Of a stretch of 64,000 bases of DNA, positions 12,401-25,568 are shown piece by piece. Made by a program: the position numbers and the translations under genes. This DNA comes from Basidiobolus meristosporus CBS 931.73 (Eukaryota; Fungi; Basidiobolomycota), in assembly GCA_002104905.1 (NCBI GenBank), contig MCFE01000037.1, positions 1 through 64,000 on the forward strand. Reading direction: 5' to 3'. The notes beneath the pieces are model-generated. The model did no database searches. It was not told the origin of the DNA and was given only the letters and a program-made list of their open reading frames with translations. Within the stretch, counting starts at the first letter, position 1. Every line of letters starts with the position of its first letter.

Positions 12401-15400
12401 AACTGTGTGATGTCAACCAAAAGCTCGTAGGGTTTCCCCATGACCGACTCCATAGTCTGCAAGATATGAAGAATCAACAGTTCCATGTCGATGGCATCCG
12501 CGATCACTCGTCGAAGGATCAAGTACAAAACAGGCCTCCGCTCCTTAGACAAACCGCCTTCGTAAAACAGCCGCTTAGATTTGATGGGCTCCGTGTTACG
12601 GTAGCCATTTCGCTGCATGAACTCCCGGAACATCTCATTTGAGGCGCCAATCTTCGAATCGAACGAAGACCGCTCAACCCTCGGAACATCAGGTGGTGGG
12701 CCCAGTTGTGCTAGCACGGTCGATAGCTTCTCGTGTGCCTTCTTGCTTGTTGACTGAGGCTTTTCCAGATCAGAATTAACCGAGCCATTGGCCACTAGAC
12801 CAGTGTTGGGGGCAATCAGGAATGGCTTCGATTGCTTGCGAGTGCTCAAATCGCGGCCTATCCGCTCGAGGTTGTCGAAGACGTGACGATGCAACCTGGA
12901 GAGATCCGTGTCTTCCAGACGCGAATTGGTTGTGATGATGGACTCCGTATCGGAGTCGGATGGGGCGACCGATATGTCCAGCAAAAAGTTGGAAACTTTG
13001 TGGATATTCGAGGTCAGGAAATCGTTCAACGTGATCATGAAAGACTCCTTGGTCCCGAATAGTACGTTGTTTGCCAAGTTCTGGATCACCTTCGTGATCA
13101 ACAGCAGCCCCCGCCTGATCTCTTTGTTGTCAAACGACGCCACCAGATTGTGGGTCTCTGGAGCTACGATGGCAGGGCAGAAGAATCGAAGGAAGATGAA
13201 TCCACCTACGGCCGCTGATTTGGCTTCGGGGAATCGTTCGCCAACAATGGTAGACAAAAAGTGGCAGATCTCCCGGAAAGCGCGCGGAACTTTAGGGGCC
13301 GAGGCAACAATCACATCCAGGAAGGCTTGAGACATTTGCTTAAGGTTGGCCAGGTTTTTGGCCGCATCGCTATTCATCGACATCTTGGTGGGGTCCAGTT
13401 CATACGCAAGGTGATTGTTGGAAACCATCTCTCTAAGGATGGGCTGCAGGGTGGATCGGAGGTACTCTGAGCCGTACATCTTGGCAAACGCCGCCAGGAG
13501 CCTGGTAGCCATGCAGTTTCGTCGGAAAAGCTCCGAGGAGGATTCGGTCTTCATCAGCTCTCTCTCGATGACCGCTTTCATCAATTTCATGGTGTTTCCG
13601 CGCGTGTCGAAAATCGCCAGCAACACCGAAGCAAGCTCATCAATGTCCGGGACCGGACAGACTTCGCAAAGGGAGAGTGCGATGACGAGATCGTCATCAG
13701 TGATCAGCTCCACCAGTTTGTCGTAACGGTCAGTCATCGAGCTTTCGGCCAACCCCTCGAACTCCGTTCCCTGGTTGAGAATGTTTGTGAGCACTTGCAT
13801 GAAAGCAGTACGGGTCTTTGGATCGTCGTGGTAGCCCATCGACAAAGAATACTTCAAACCAGAGTCAATATTGGCGCTCAGGAGGTTTGACAACGCTAGA
13901 ATCGTGTAATCTTTGAGGGGTCCCAGATCCTTGCAATACTCCTTGGACTAATTTCCAGAAATGTTAACCTAGCGGCTGTTGTGGGTGTGATTACGGCTGG
14001 GGCTTACCTTTGAGAGCAAGGATTGAAGGTCAGGGTTGTTCTTGGCTCTACCATTATCAATGGCCTGTCGAAAGTTTGATGAATTGGCCCTGGGCCTTTC
14101 GGTGAGAAATATGGGATGAATTTACCTTTTCCGGGATGACCTCTAGAATTCTACAACGATTTAGCAGCTTGATGAAGAAGGAGAAGTACTTGTAAAAGAG
14201 TCGTGATTTGCTTTGGCGCAAGTCAGCATCGTGCTGCAGTGGCTCTGATGGCTGCAAGGGCAGCTGGAACAAAAGCACCACAATGGTCTTCATGCATGCT
14301 TGGTCCAAGTCTCTGTGCAGCTTTTCGTTTTTGTGGAAAATGATCTGCTCCTCCAACGTCATTTGGTTGTCGCTCGATTTCTGTTCAATCTTGGCGATTA
14401 GATTCTGCCACTGCTTAGACGCTACCAATGCCGCCACTTACCATAGAGTAGTCGGATGTCCACTCCACGACCGTTTCCAGCATTCTGTTGCGGAACTTGA
14501 TCTCCTGTCGAAGACTAATGTAATCCTTCTTGCTCATTAGGATTTCGCACATCTGGCACATCTTGATCTTGATTCTCAGCGCAACATGTCCGAAGCCCAG
14601 TCGGTTCAAATACCGAGCGAATGAGAGTATAAGGTTGCCGATATCAATGGAATAGAACTGCTCTGATGGCTCCTGTGTTCCCCATAAGCGAAAGGATTAG
14701 CAACCTGTTGGTGTGAACACATAAATCGCGAAAGGGCCAACCTGCAAACGATCCAATATAAGTCTGACCACCGAGATAGCCTGTTCAACAAACAGAGTGT
14801 ACGTATCCTTGCAAATCGCTTCGCCCTCGGCATCGAAGAAAACCACAACAATGCTCTCCAGTTGTTTGAAGAGTATAGCTAGATAAGTTGGTCACGTTAG
14901 CAAAACACATGAAGGAAGACATCATGGAAAACGATAGATACCATGCAAGGCGGGGCTTAGTTCAGCTCCCAAGATCTCCTTTATCCCCTCGCGGACAATC
15001 ACATTGTCGCACACTAACCATTCCACCATCTCCTGGATAAAGCGATTGATCATTTTGCTGGTCTCTAAAATTCTGCGGTTTTCGCTACTGGATCTATGAA
15101 GCGTGTGTGGGGAAGGGAATACCGAAGCGTCATGCTCGTTTCTCTTTGCCGCGGAGCTTCGGAGGCATACTCCACCCAGCGCACACAAGAAACCGGTGTA
15201 ATTCTGCCATTCCCCACGGTCTTCAACTGGCTCAGTTTGTGGGACACTTACGATCGATTTGGTTGCGTTAGTTAGCTTCTCGTAAAATACTCCAGCAACG
15301 CGTCGACGCGTATCCGGTTGCTCAGGCTGAGCATCGTCCGGAGGACGGGCAATGTTCTGCATCAGCATTCTCCAGCGTCTGTAAGCCTCCTCGCACGCGG

Positions 15401-18124
15401 CAAGATTCCCATCTGTACGGTTGACGATCTGACGTAGCATGCGACGGATTCGTTTTTGTTGGGCCACTCTACCAGTGACAAAGGTTCCCTCGGAAGACAA
15501 TTCTCTGTACACTTCGTGGTTCTCAACTATGGTCAGCAGCGAGTGCTGTGGATCTTCATTCTCTTCCGTGATATCTGCTTCCACACACAAATGGCCAAGG
15601 CATTTCAATGCGAGAGAACAGATTTCGGTTTCGGGTGAACAGAGAGAAATCAGCAATGCGACCTCCAGCCAGATACTGGCGTTCACTCGATCCATTGTAT
15701 CTGCTCCCTCGGTGGCCAAGTCTTGGTGCTGTCTCAAGAACTCATTTCTTCGGATTAGCAGCTGATGAATCAGCTCCAGGGTGAACCTGATGCCCTCGTC
15801 TCTCTCCTTGTAATCCAGCATTTGCTTGGCAATAGTCAACATAACCTGAGAACTGATGATCCAGAACGACTTCATCATGCTAGATGGACACCACTGCTCG
15901 ATGTAGGTGCACTGATGCAGCTCCAACAACGCCTCGGCCGCAGTAGTTCTGATCGAGACATTGGTTTCTTGGAGGAAGTTTGTGATTCCAATCAAAAGTA
16001 ATCGGTTTTCTTCACACCTGGTGCTAGTGTTTTCATTAACTATCGCCAGCATGGGGTCGGTGCGGTACAGCTTGAGGAGATTCAGGACGATTTCGAACCT
16101 GTCGTTGGCCTCCTCCAGCTGAGATCTGCGAGATTTCCGGTCGAGGGATTTCTTGATATCTGGCTTGTCTCGGGCAATGTTTTCTTGGAACAGCTGGCGT
16201 AGTGGGGAGGCGATGGTGGAATACATGGTGGAAATGCTTGGGTTCCAAGGCAAGTGGCTCTCCGAAGCGATGGTATAGCAGGTCTTCACTAACACCAACC
16301 TGAAGGCGATCGGGGCATTCGCTTGCAAGCAAATAGGAATCAAAGACTTCAAGGCATGCTCGGGATTCAGTCGAAATAGGGCGGTAAGGCAGTCGGTCAT
16401 TAGCTTCTGGTCAATTATATCGTCATAATTGAGAAACGGCTTCTGCGGATCGAACAACTTCTCGCGTAGCTCGCTTTCGATCTCGGGCACAAGCAATTTC
16501 AGGGCAGCATTTTCCACTTTAGATACATATGTGGAGGCCTTGCATAGGTCTACGAACGAAAAGGCCGCCACCTCCGCCAAGCGCGAGCTCCTCAGGGACT
16601 TCCGAAGATTGTCGTAGAACTGAGCTTTTTTGTTTGCCCCCTCGTCCGACAAAGCCACCACCATCAGGATGTCCGGGCACAGAGTGAGAAGCATCACTTG
16701 AAGTGGCCATAAAATCATCTTTCGCTTGTTACTATCGGCAAGAGAGTTGCAAACGTCAAACAAAATCTCCGGTCCGCCTGGGTTGAAAGACGATCGTATT
16801 AGAATGGATATGAGCCAGGAATAAGATCTCGATGGTGTTCTCACCTTCCAGTCGTTTCTCGCTCTGGCACAGTGCGATGAAGTCCATTGGGTACACCTCT
16901 ATGAAACTCCAAATGGCCTTTCGCAATATGATGGCCATCTCCATTTGAGCGGGGCGTTTAAACTGAAGGAAGACGACGCACAACTCTAAATTCACAACCT
17001 AGATTAGCCTCTAACCGCGCGAAGAGACTCCACCGTCTTAACAATTACCTTGCAGGATTGTAGAGAGTCTTCTTGAGTTCAGGTTGCACCATTCCAACAG
17101 CTTCAGCTCCGAGGTATCGGCATTCTCATCGCTTGTGGACGTGAGTATTGCCATCCTGGACTTTATTCGCTGGTAAACAATAGGCCAGTTCGATGCACTA
17201 ATGTAAAACAAGATGTGGCCCGCGGCATGATGAATCCCCTTCATTAGCTCGGTGTAGACTCTGCTGATGGAGGAATGAAGTGCGGACGATGGGGAAGGGG
17301 TAGTGGCGGCCATCGAGCCCATGGAAAAGTTGGAGAATGTCGGCTTGTTGCTTTGACCATAAATATCGCCCGAATCGACGAAGTACGATTGCTGTAAAAA
17401 GCGAAATACAATGCTCAAAATGTATTTTGCTAAAGGCTCCTCCAGAGGCGGCGGGTCTTCGAGGGACTCGGTCGAAAGAAAGGTAGGAAGATTGGTTTCA
17501 AAGCTTCCAATGGATGAAGTATGTCTTGAGAATGATGTAAGGTCACTAGTTGAATCGTATGGATTATTGCTGGTCCGTCTAGTGAAGGTTTCCGGAGAAT
17601 CACACTTGGGGCGTGAAGAATCCTCCTGTGAACTTTGCTCCGACTCCTTAGAGGTGCTATTTTGGTCGCGATAGCATTTCCAGTGATGGCCCATACAAGC
17701 ACCCAGCACTCTCAATACAAAAAGTTGCGACTGTAATAACTCTACCGGTGGAGGGTCTTCACTCATCAACATTGGTGACTACATTTTGTTCAAGGGTTAT
17801 TACGTGGCAACTAAAACTGAAGTCATAGCAAGAGCCATTCGATACCTTGTTGATACTCTCTAATAGATTCATAAGAGCATGTGCTGTAACCCCAAGTCGA
17901 TATTGTGACAAGTCAACTAACGATTGTACAGTTTGTTGAACTAAAGGATCGGTTTCAACAGCTTCAAGCTTCCTTCCGCTATTGCAGGTAGCTAACGAAA
18001 AGTTTGGAAAACAGTGAAGTCAGCCATATTTCTCGACATAAAACGATACGAATGATGAGGTTTCTGGTACCTTGACACCAAAACGGTTGATCAAGGATAG
18101 TATCAATATTGTATCTCCATTCAT
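9401..18124 (-). CDS. NF1: Neurofibromin/IRA-type Ras GTPase-activating protein (RasGAP + Sec14-PH), ~12 exons
   Basis: The RasGAP signature FLRFFCPAIVAP...LLITKVIQNLAN is followed by Sec14-like and PH-like regions and C-terminal WRARWMSLVTSTAF. Exon 1 is MNGDTILILSLINRFGVK (18124-18071), then exons 17991-17846, 17778-17049, 16985-16845, 16777-14942 and others. There is an apparent 1-nt deletion at ~17987. Confidence 0.95.
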
Positions 18125-19071
18125 CCCGGCAGTCTATTAGTGAAGAAAAGCGTTAGTAAACTTTCGTCTCAAAGGCCGGCTGCTCCTGAGCCGGTTTGGA
18201 AAATCAAGAAGCAAAAAAAGTGTCGGGGAAAGCGGCCAAAATGTCAACAACCCATGCTCTTGAGGATTGGCTAAAATATAGAGAAGTACTACTCGTCATC
18301 TAAAATGCCATCCCAACGAAAGGCTCAGGAAGAACACGAAACAAACCGGCCAAGATGGAGCCTTTCTATCTACAAAACATCTACGCTCTAAAAATCATAG
18401 GAAATAACATACCCTTGTGGGTAAAGAACAGAACTTGGGGGAAGAAGCTCAAGCTACAGAATATAAATGAGCAAGGTCTGTTTTCACGTGGAAAAGGAGG
18501 GATTCGATGGAGGACTGCTTAACAAGGACAAGAAAAAATTGAACAACGAAGTAGAAGAGAAAGAATACAGATGTGTAAGGTTCGGAGAGTTACCAACCGA
18601 AAGGAAAAGCGAGGTTGTCTCAAGTGCAAATGGAAAGGTTACTCTTTGGGTAATTCATTAATTATGGGCATATGGATTTCGTAGATAACACCGAGGGAAT
18701 TCCCATTATTAAATGCAGGATTGTATTGAGGATTTTCATCAAACACCATTTTAAGCATAATGCTAAATGAACTTGGTCTAAAATGAAATGGCTAACTTAA
18801 TTGCACTAGCAATCATAGATACAATCATCATTTGCAATCGTTTGAAGAAAATTATATTGGTCGAGACGGAAATCTCCCATATTATTGAGTAACATTCAAA
18901 AGTTGATGTGAATTCCTAACCCTTTCCGGTGGGCTTGGTGGTGGGCTTGGAGGTAGTGGTACTGATATGGTAAGGCTAAGCTTTCTCCAAGTTTGGGTGC
19001 TAAATAGTGCTTAGAACCCATCTTCCAAGGGAGACTTCCCTTCACTTGCCTGCATCCATAAGGCCCCACAG

Positions 19072-19945
19072 ATGCCTCCAGCCTCAGCAACGAACAAAAC
19101 ATGCTCACTAACCGATAGCTTCGCCTTGATCATTCAAGGGATACTCGCATTAATATCATTATCCACGTTGATGAGTAAGGCCAATCGCAATATTCTGAGC
19201 CCCCCCCCCATGCTAAGCTTTTCCGACAACAGTAAAACGGCACCGCGAGAGTCCTAGAAGGCCTCTTTTGGTTTGGTATTTCAATGTCGAACTTATAGTA
19301 CTGGCTAGTTTATGATGCTAAAATGCGCCCCAGGTTCTACGACACTTCCAAGCAGGCTTTCGCAGCAGCCTTCATTCACCTCATTAATATCATCGCGGCT
19401 TACACAACCACCCAAACCAACCCCACATTAAATCCGTGTGAATGGTAATGATCTCTTTTCATGGAGTGAAGGAATTCAACTATTAACAAAGTGATTAGGT
19501 ACTTTTTAAGTATTTTAATCGATACAACCATAGGAGTGGCTACTTTATTTGTTCTCCTTAGCGTGTCGAATGCCCTTATTTGCCGATTCGAAATGCGTTC
19601 ATTGTATTCGGGGCAGTATGGGGATCCACCAAAGATGTCCGTTTGGTTGAAGCAACTTTTTCTGTTTATCACCATTGCTAGTATTAACAAGGCACTGTTA
19701 GTACTGTTGTTTCTGATACCCTACATTCTACTGCTGGCTCACTATCTCTCTCGCCACTTGCTGGTAATCCAAGGATGCAAGTAGTGGTTGTGATGCTAGT
19801 GTTCCCTCTCATCATGAACACTCTTCAATTTTGGCTCATAGATCAACTATTGAAAGCCAAAAAATTATTCCCCGTTAGTCCTTGGCAAGTGGCAAAGCCC
19901 GGAATGGTGGATGTCCGCAAGCCGTGCCCAATATACCTATCATGA
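19072..19945 (+). CDS. STIMATE/TMEM110-family (vacuolar) membrane protein, 4 exons
   Basis: Spliced product has C..DSFALIIQGILALISLSTL, KRHRESPRRPLLVWFYDTSKQ, NPCEWYFLSILIDTT, GQYGDPP...WLKQ and VMLVFPLIMNTLQFWLIDQLLK. There is a frameshift in the (TC)4 run at 19745-19752. Confidence 0.85.
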
Positions 19946-20306
19946 CATTTATATAACCACTCTACCCATGTCTATGTAAGATAAGATAAAGAAATCCTGA
20001 ATGGATTGCTTATATAAGTAAAGCACAAATAGAACCCAGCTGCATTAACTATGTTTAGATGGTGTGTTGCTTAGTGAGACCTCAATCCCAGCGCCACTTG
20101 ATACCCCTATAACACCCGACGGTTACCACGAATTGGTGTTACACCATAATACATGACAAACCCTGTTCGAAACGATGAGTAGGCTTGACTTCAACATTTG
20201 AGGTATTGTTCCCAGGTATTGTTCCCTTTTGACAGTCTACATGATTTTGGGTAACGCAAGGGCTATGAATCGACCGATACCACACAATGAAATCTTTCCA
20301 ATAAGA

Positions 20307-20473
20307 TCTTCTCCCCAATCAACAAGTGGTATCCTCACACTCTGGTATGAGCTACGTGGTGATGTGATGTACCATACTGTACTGCTTAAGGGCTCCATGT
20401 GGGCAACAAGTGATCCATGTAGGACAAGGAAAGCACCTGTAGTGGCATAGCACCATACTCCTCTCCCCACATT
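20307..20473 (-). repeat. Dispersed repeat, copy A (homologous to 25342-25568, inverted)
   Basis: Its reverse complement matches 25342-25568 in four collinear blocks, e.g. AATGTGGGGAGAGGAGTATGGTGCTAT vs AATATGGGGAAAGGAGTATGGCGCTAT, and GTTGATTGGGGAGAAGAT vs GTTGATTGGGGAGAGGAT. Confidence 0.8.
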
Positions 20474-21221
20474 ACCCGATGTTTCCAAGTGGTAGGATAA
20501 CTGGATGGTAGCTGAAAGATGGACAACAAATCGAGTTGATGGTCAATCGGTGCGTGATTTGCATGCTCGCAAAGCCGGATTAAATACTTTTACCAAGGAA
20601 TCAGATGCGTGGATAGTGATTCCCTCAGCTAGAAGATATAGAAAAATAGCTCGCGATGGAATGAAATTAATTGTGTAGAGATCACTATTCACGTGGTAAT
20701 GAACCCATGATGCAACGTGTTGATGAAAACGGGATAGACAGATGATATTCCCGATTATATAATCCGGGATAATAAAATCTAGTTTCTGTGATCACTTGAT
20801 TTAAGTATGATTTCGGGTCACGAATATCCACGCACGAATATTACCGGTTTGAGTTGGCCATCCCAACCGCTTCAGCAATACCAAAAGGTTGGTTGACTCG
20901 GTGGAGCTCGCGAATATTTCATAAATAAGCTTAACCCCTGGATCTAGTAACAGATCGAGTTCCACCGAGTCAGCTTCCCAATGAGCCGCGATTTCGAATA
21001 ATTGACCGTTGGGATGTGAAAACCAGTGGAGTACTGCTTTGGGCATAAGAAATTCTCCGAAATTTATCACGGCGTCACTTGCTTAGTAAATGGAACGATA
21101 TCCATAGTGAAGTCTAGCATTGGGTTCATGCCTATTGTGGACTGGTGACTGTACAATGTCCCGACTTCCCGGCCTAATTTAGAATCCCCACGTCTTATTT
21201 TAGGCAGAAAAAATGTAACAC

Positions 21222-21406
21222 TGTACGAGGCCACCTATACCTTTTCCTCACCAATCATCGCATTCGACCGAGACCATACAAATTAGGCGATTTTATTGGC
21301 ATGTCTTAGGCACTTGCCTTCCTCTGGCCAATAACTTACCTGTATCAGCAGAGTAATATTGGGGAGTTGTGGTTGGTGGACGAGAGGGTATAGGTGGCCT
21401 CTCACA
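21222..21406. mobile_element. MITE-like element with terminal inverted repeats
   Basis: TGTACGAGGCCACCTATACC (21222) and GGTATAGGTGGCCTCTCACA (21387-21406) are near-perfect inverted repeats, with weaker pairing ~25 nt further in. A TA-CGAGG start resembles Tc1/mariner ends. Confidence 0.7.
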
Positions 21407-21939
21407 AAGGGGTGATTGGTGGATCAACTATATATTATGCTAAAATGGGAATAATTTTATGTGTTATTGGAGTGCGCGCCTCAACGGAAAATCAATCTAT
21501 CCTTTGCCTGCCATAGGTTGCTGAAACTTTAATTCACTAATTCAGAGGGTCTTCCAATGGAAAAAGTTGATACCTACTTATGAGTAATGGCTGGTCAGAT
21601 TTAGTATCCATTAAATTGCAGCGTCGTCTAGCTCAGGGTAGGTCACTGCTTCCTGCCAAAATGATGGTTTCTCTAAATCTAAAAAAGCGATCACTTTAGA
21701 CAATTAAAGCATCAGTGAGGTATTGTTCTCTAGTAGTATGAATACTATACAACTCCATTTATTTACATTGGAAGGAAAAGCGAGATGGGTTCAAAATCAA
21801 TGTATAAGTGCCACAGATAGGATGAATTGAATATGGTTATCCGCGCGAAAGAATATGAGATGTGTCAAGAGAATAAGTGTCCTTTGGTGAATATGGCTTT
21901 CAAATATTAAAAAGATTCTTCCTATTACACTCCAGTAGT

Positions 21940-23133
21940 CTAAGCTTGTTGTGAGACAATCGCCTCCTCCAATAGTTTGGCTCTCTTCTCGAAGAACTCA
22001 TACCACATTTTCAGTTCGTTTGGAGAGAGCTGGGAAAGAGAATCCTGGAAGCGCGATTCATTGAAGTCGAAAAGGGGACTCATTGGGTACTGTTCCATAT
22101 AAGGTGAGGAAAGTGAGGGTGTGTGCGGTGGTGTTAATGGTGGCATGGTCTCCGAGCCTTGTTGTTCGGGAGTGACCATTGCCCAATCCCTTCTTCTGCG
22201 CTGGATCTTTGATTTACGCATGGTTACTGGACGGTCCTTATGGTGGAGTCGAGAGTAGAGTCCACATGCATTGCATATGGGCTGGCCTTTGTCGTTTTTC
22301 CTCCAAAGGGGGGTTTTTGTCTGATGACAGTTGACACATTCAATGACGGCTTCCTCACCATCCTTCGACTTGGTGACGGTGGGTTGGGGTGTCTTACGAG
22401 GGTTCTGGCTAGGGTAAGGCTTAACGTGATCAGGTACAGCAGGTTTGTGGCGAATGTGCAACGGGCGATGAGCTTGATACTGCTTATAGTAAAGACCACA
22501 CGCGTTACATAATGAGTGTTTCCTATCAGGAGTACGTCTCCAGAGTGGGGTACTAGTGACACCACAGTTGAAACAAACCAAGTCGCGTTGTGACTTGGTC
22601 TTACTGACAGGCTTCTTCTCGGCATCCATTCCATTATCAGATTGTTTGGTCAATGGGGAAGCATCGGGGCCTGAGGAGTAGTTCTCTTCGTTCAAGTCGA
22701 AGTAAAGATCAAAACCATTCTCGTCCATCATGGAGTAGTTGTTGCGGTTGTGTTGGTCATTTTGTACTTGGTTTAGAGTCATGGTCCCATTGGCAACGAG
22801 CTGTTGCTGTAGTGTGATGATCTCCAGTGGGGACATTGTGTTCATCATGGAGTTGTTGACGTGAAGTTCGTTGGCAAGAAAGCCTGGGCTATCCGGGCTG
22901 CTACATATGCTTTCAATAGGGCTAAAGCCAGGAGTGAGCATGTTTGTGAAGTCAAAGGCGTGGGTAGCAGATGTGCTATTGAAGCTGTCAGTAAGTGAGA
23001 GGTCCGAGCGTGGAGCAGTCCATGAGAAAGTGTCGGACACTGGTATCTTCATATCCTGATATTGGGAGACCAGGGCAGCTTCTGGAGTATGTTTGCAGGA
23101 ATCTTGGTTGACAAAATCGAAGTTGAACGACAT
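21940..23133 (-). CDS. GATA transcription factor with two zinc fingers
   Basis: Intronless, ATG at 23133. Fingers are CFNCGVTSTPLWRR...CNACGLYY and CVNCHQTKTPLWRK...CNACGLY, with a basic tail RKSKIQRRRR. Confidence 0.92.
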   Translation of the reverse strand: MSFNFDFVNQDSCKHTPEAALVSQYQDMKIPVSDTFSWTAPRSDLSLTDSFNSTSATHAFDFTNMLTPGFSPIESICSSPDSPGFLANELHVNNSMMNTMSPLEIITLQQQLVANGTMTLNQVQNDQHNRNNYSMMDENGFDLYFDLNEENYSSGPDASPLTKQSDNGMDAEKKPVSKTKSQRDLVCFNCGVTSTPLWRRTPDRKHSLCNACGLYYKQYQAHRPLHIRHKPAVPDHVKPYPSQNPRKTPQPTVTKSKDGEEAVIECVNCHQTKTPLWRKNDKGQPICNACGLYSRLHHKDRPVTMRKSKIQRRRRDWAMVTPEQQGSETMPPLTPPHTPSLSSPYMEQYPMSPLFDFNESRFQDSLSQLSPNELKMWYEFFEKRAKLLEEAIVSQQA

Positions 23134-24398
23134 GGTACTATGCAGGCGGAGTGGAGTGTGGGGGACGTAGAGAGTGGAAGTTTGCTGGAAACAGAACAAC
23201 TATAAAGGATAAATTACAATCGGTCACAGAATGCTTTTCTAATGCACTTCTTTGTTTAGAATATAGATCAAATGCTGTTGGAAGTGAGTGTTCCTTTTTT
23301 CGTCTGGCGGTTAGTGGGCTTTTATAGGAAATCTTTGCCTACCAGTAGCGTTGGCCAATCAAGAGGAATCAGGTAGGTCAGGAATTAGGTGAGCTGAGGG
23401 TTGTTGCACGAACCAATATAGGAAATTGCTGTTTGGGATCAATTGAAATAATTGACCTAACACCACAGAGTGTGGTGCTCATTCTCTCGTAATAGACACT
23501 TAAGGAAATGTACATTTCGGTCGAAATGGTGAGTGATCAAGTGACCTAAATCTCAGATGAACATGGAATTTCCATTTTGTTACTTGCAGCTGGAGTAGCT
23601 TCGATACGGGATATTTAGTGGGATCGAGCTTGGCAGGTCCATCGAAGTGTGGAAATGAAACCAGGCCGGCATTTTTAGGGGATTTCCACCATTCGAGTCA
23701 ATTGGTTTACGCCACCGTTGGTGTTGGCAAGTGTTGAGGATTTTCAATGGCCACGGCCCATTAGCAGTGCTCGGGGATTAATGAAAACCGATTGCTGGAG
23801 GGAGCAATGGCCAATCAACAGTCGAGTCACCTGATTCGATGGGAATTATTGTTGAATATTCGAATGTGATCACCCGCGGTAGGAATGCCTATCTCTATGA
23901 AACGCTTGCCAAAATAGTAGAGGCTGGAGGTAGCCAGGAGCCTACCTCTGTGGCACTTTTGGCCAAAGTAATGAAACTCAATGCCATACCTAGGCCACAG
24001 TCCAAAAAAATCTGCTCATCTTCCTTAACTACTGGTATTGGCGCTGTTCGTTGTACATAACTCCATACTTTTTGGTACTTGAATAGCATGATGATATATG
24101 ACCAACCGCCCACTGATCACTGTTGTGCTTGCAAAGTTATTCGAGCACAACATTAGCCACGACTAATATGGCGATTTTGAGATGAAGTAATCATCTGCGA
24201 ATCTTATACTCTCGATAAACTCTATCTGATCACTTGCATTGCTCTTGTGGGCGTTTAAGCATTTGAGAAGCCGAACACCCTGACTCCCTACCACCTACGT
24301 AGAAGCTAAACGCCTCAATTCTCCGCAATTTACGACATATATTCTGTAGCGAACCAGTGTTGCTGGTCTTGGTTCTCTTCGCCAAAATCTAAAAAGCT

Positions 24399-24440
24399 TG
24401 TACGAGGCCACCTATATCAACTGAAACCCCATATTACTAA
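24399..24440 (+). mobile_element. Solo terminal repeat of the 21222-21406 MITE family
   Basis: TGTACGAGGCCACCTATA is identical to 21222-21239 and is followed by CCCCATATTACT, similar to the inner right arm of that element. Confidence 0.6.
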
Positions 24441-25341
24441 CGTGGGGTGGAAATGGTTATTCAAAGAATGTAAATTTGGATTCAAATGTCACGCAGTGGA
24501 TTCGTCTTACTGTCTGAGACAGCGATCGTATGACCTTGGAGATTATCCTGGCTCATCATTGATCCTCCAAAGAGTTCTGGCTCTGAACTTCGTTGTGGCC
24601 ATGTGCCCTTTCTGCAGACGATCGACTAAATGACCAGTAAACTTGAAAGAAAGCAGGCTGATGTCACTCTGTGACTGTTCTGGAATGGGTCAGCAAGAAA
24701 CAAACCGGTTGATTCGAATTGATGGCTTGTGGGTACGACTATCCGTAACCTAGGGATAAGTCGGAGCTCTTCGTGGCGCACTCTGGCATTCATTCACATC
24801 ATACCATCTGATGTGATTCTAGTACTCCTAATTTGTTTGCTATCATGACCCCATCCAAATGAGTGTTTTTCTACCTTGATCTGGTTTGTCTAACGGGTTA
24901 GAAGAAAGGTTGTCTGGTTGAGCTGAATGGGCAACTGGATACCAGAATCCGTGTCACCTACCACTCTCCTCCTAGTTTATCTTATCTTGTCTAAACTTAC
25001 CTCATGCACCATGAGCATTCTGATCCTCAGTTGAAGAAAAAATTTCTGCTTTAGTGGCAAAGCAAATCTTCGCATACACAGGAATTAATACCAATACGTT
25101 GAGTGGTGATACAAGTATTTTCGACATTAAGCTTAAGTTAGCGAAGTGGGGAAAGCTACGCCGTAAAGGTTTTCTTTTAGGCGTTGGTGTAGGCCGATTA
25201 GTCCGAATGGTATGCAAAACCTCACGCCGCTTCTCCCATCCGGTCCTGTAGCTTAAGCAAATCACACAAGGATTGGGCGCTAACTCAATTCACTATCACT
25301 CAACACTAATCTAGCTATCCTCCCACTTCAAAACATCAGGC

Positions 25342-25568
25342 AATATGGGGAAAGGAGTATGGCGCTATAGGTACATCCCTGTCCCACATGGATAACTTGC
25401 TGCCCACACCCACATTGGCACGGGAGCCGGTTCTCGTATCGATTCCTGCACGCAACACAACACAACACAACACGGCACGCACGGTACGGTACAGCACATC
25501 ACAACGTAGCTATACCAGAATGTGAGGATCGTTTGGTTAAGTTGACACTAGTTGATTGGGGAGAGGAT
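25342..25568 (+). repeat. Dispersed repeat, copy B, with internal (CAACA)n/(GGTAC)n microsatellite
   Basis: Homologous to the reverse complement of 20307-20473. It carries an extra pentamer-repeat insert at ~25450-25500. Confidence 0.8.

Noticed and set aside
10105-16332. Many plus-strand and alternative-frame ORFs (60-284 aa) overlapping NF1
   Set aside because: They are antisense or out-of-frame shadows of long GC-rich exons with no recognisable domains. The same applies to ORFs overlapping UBA1, DIS3 and CWC25.
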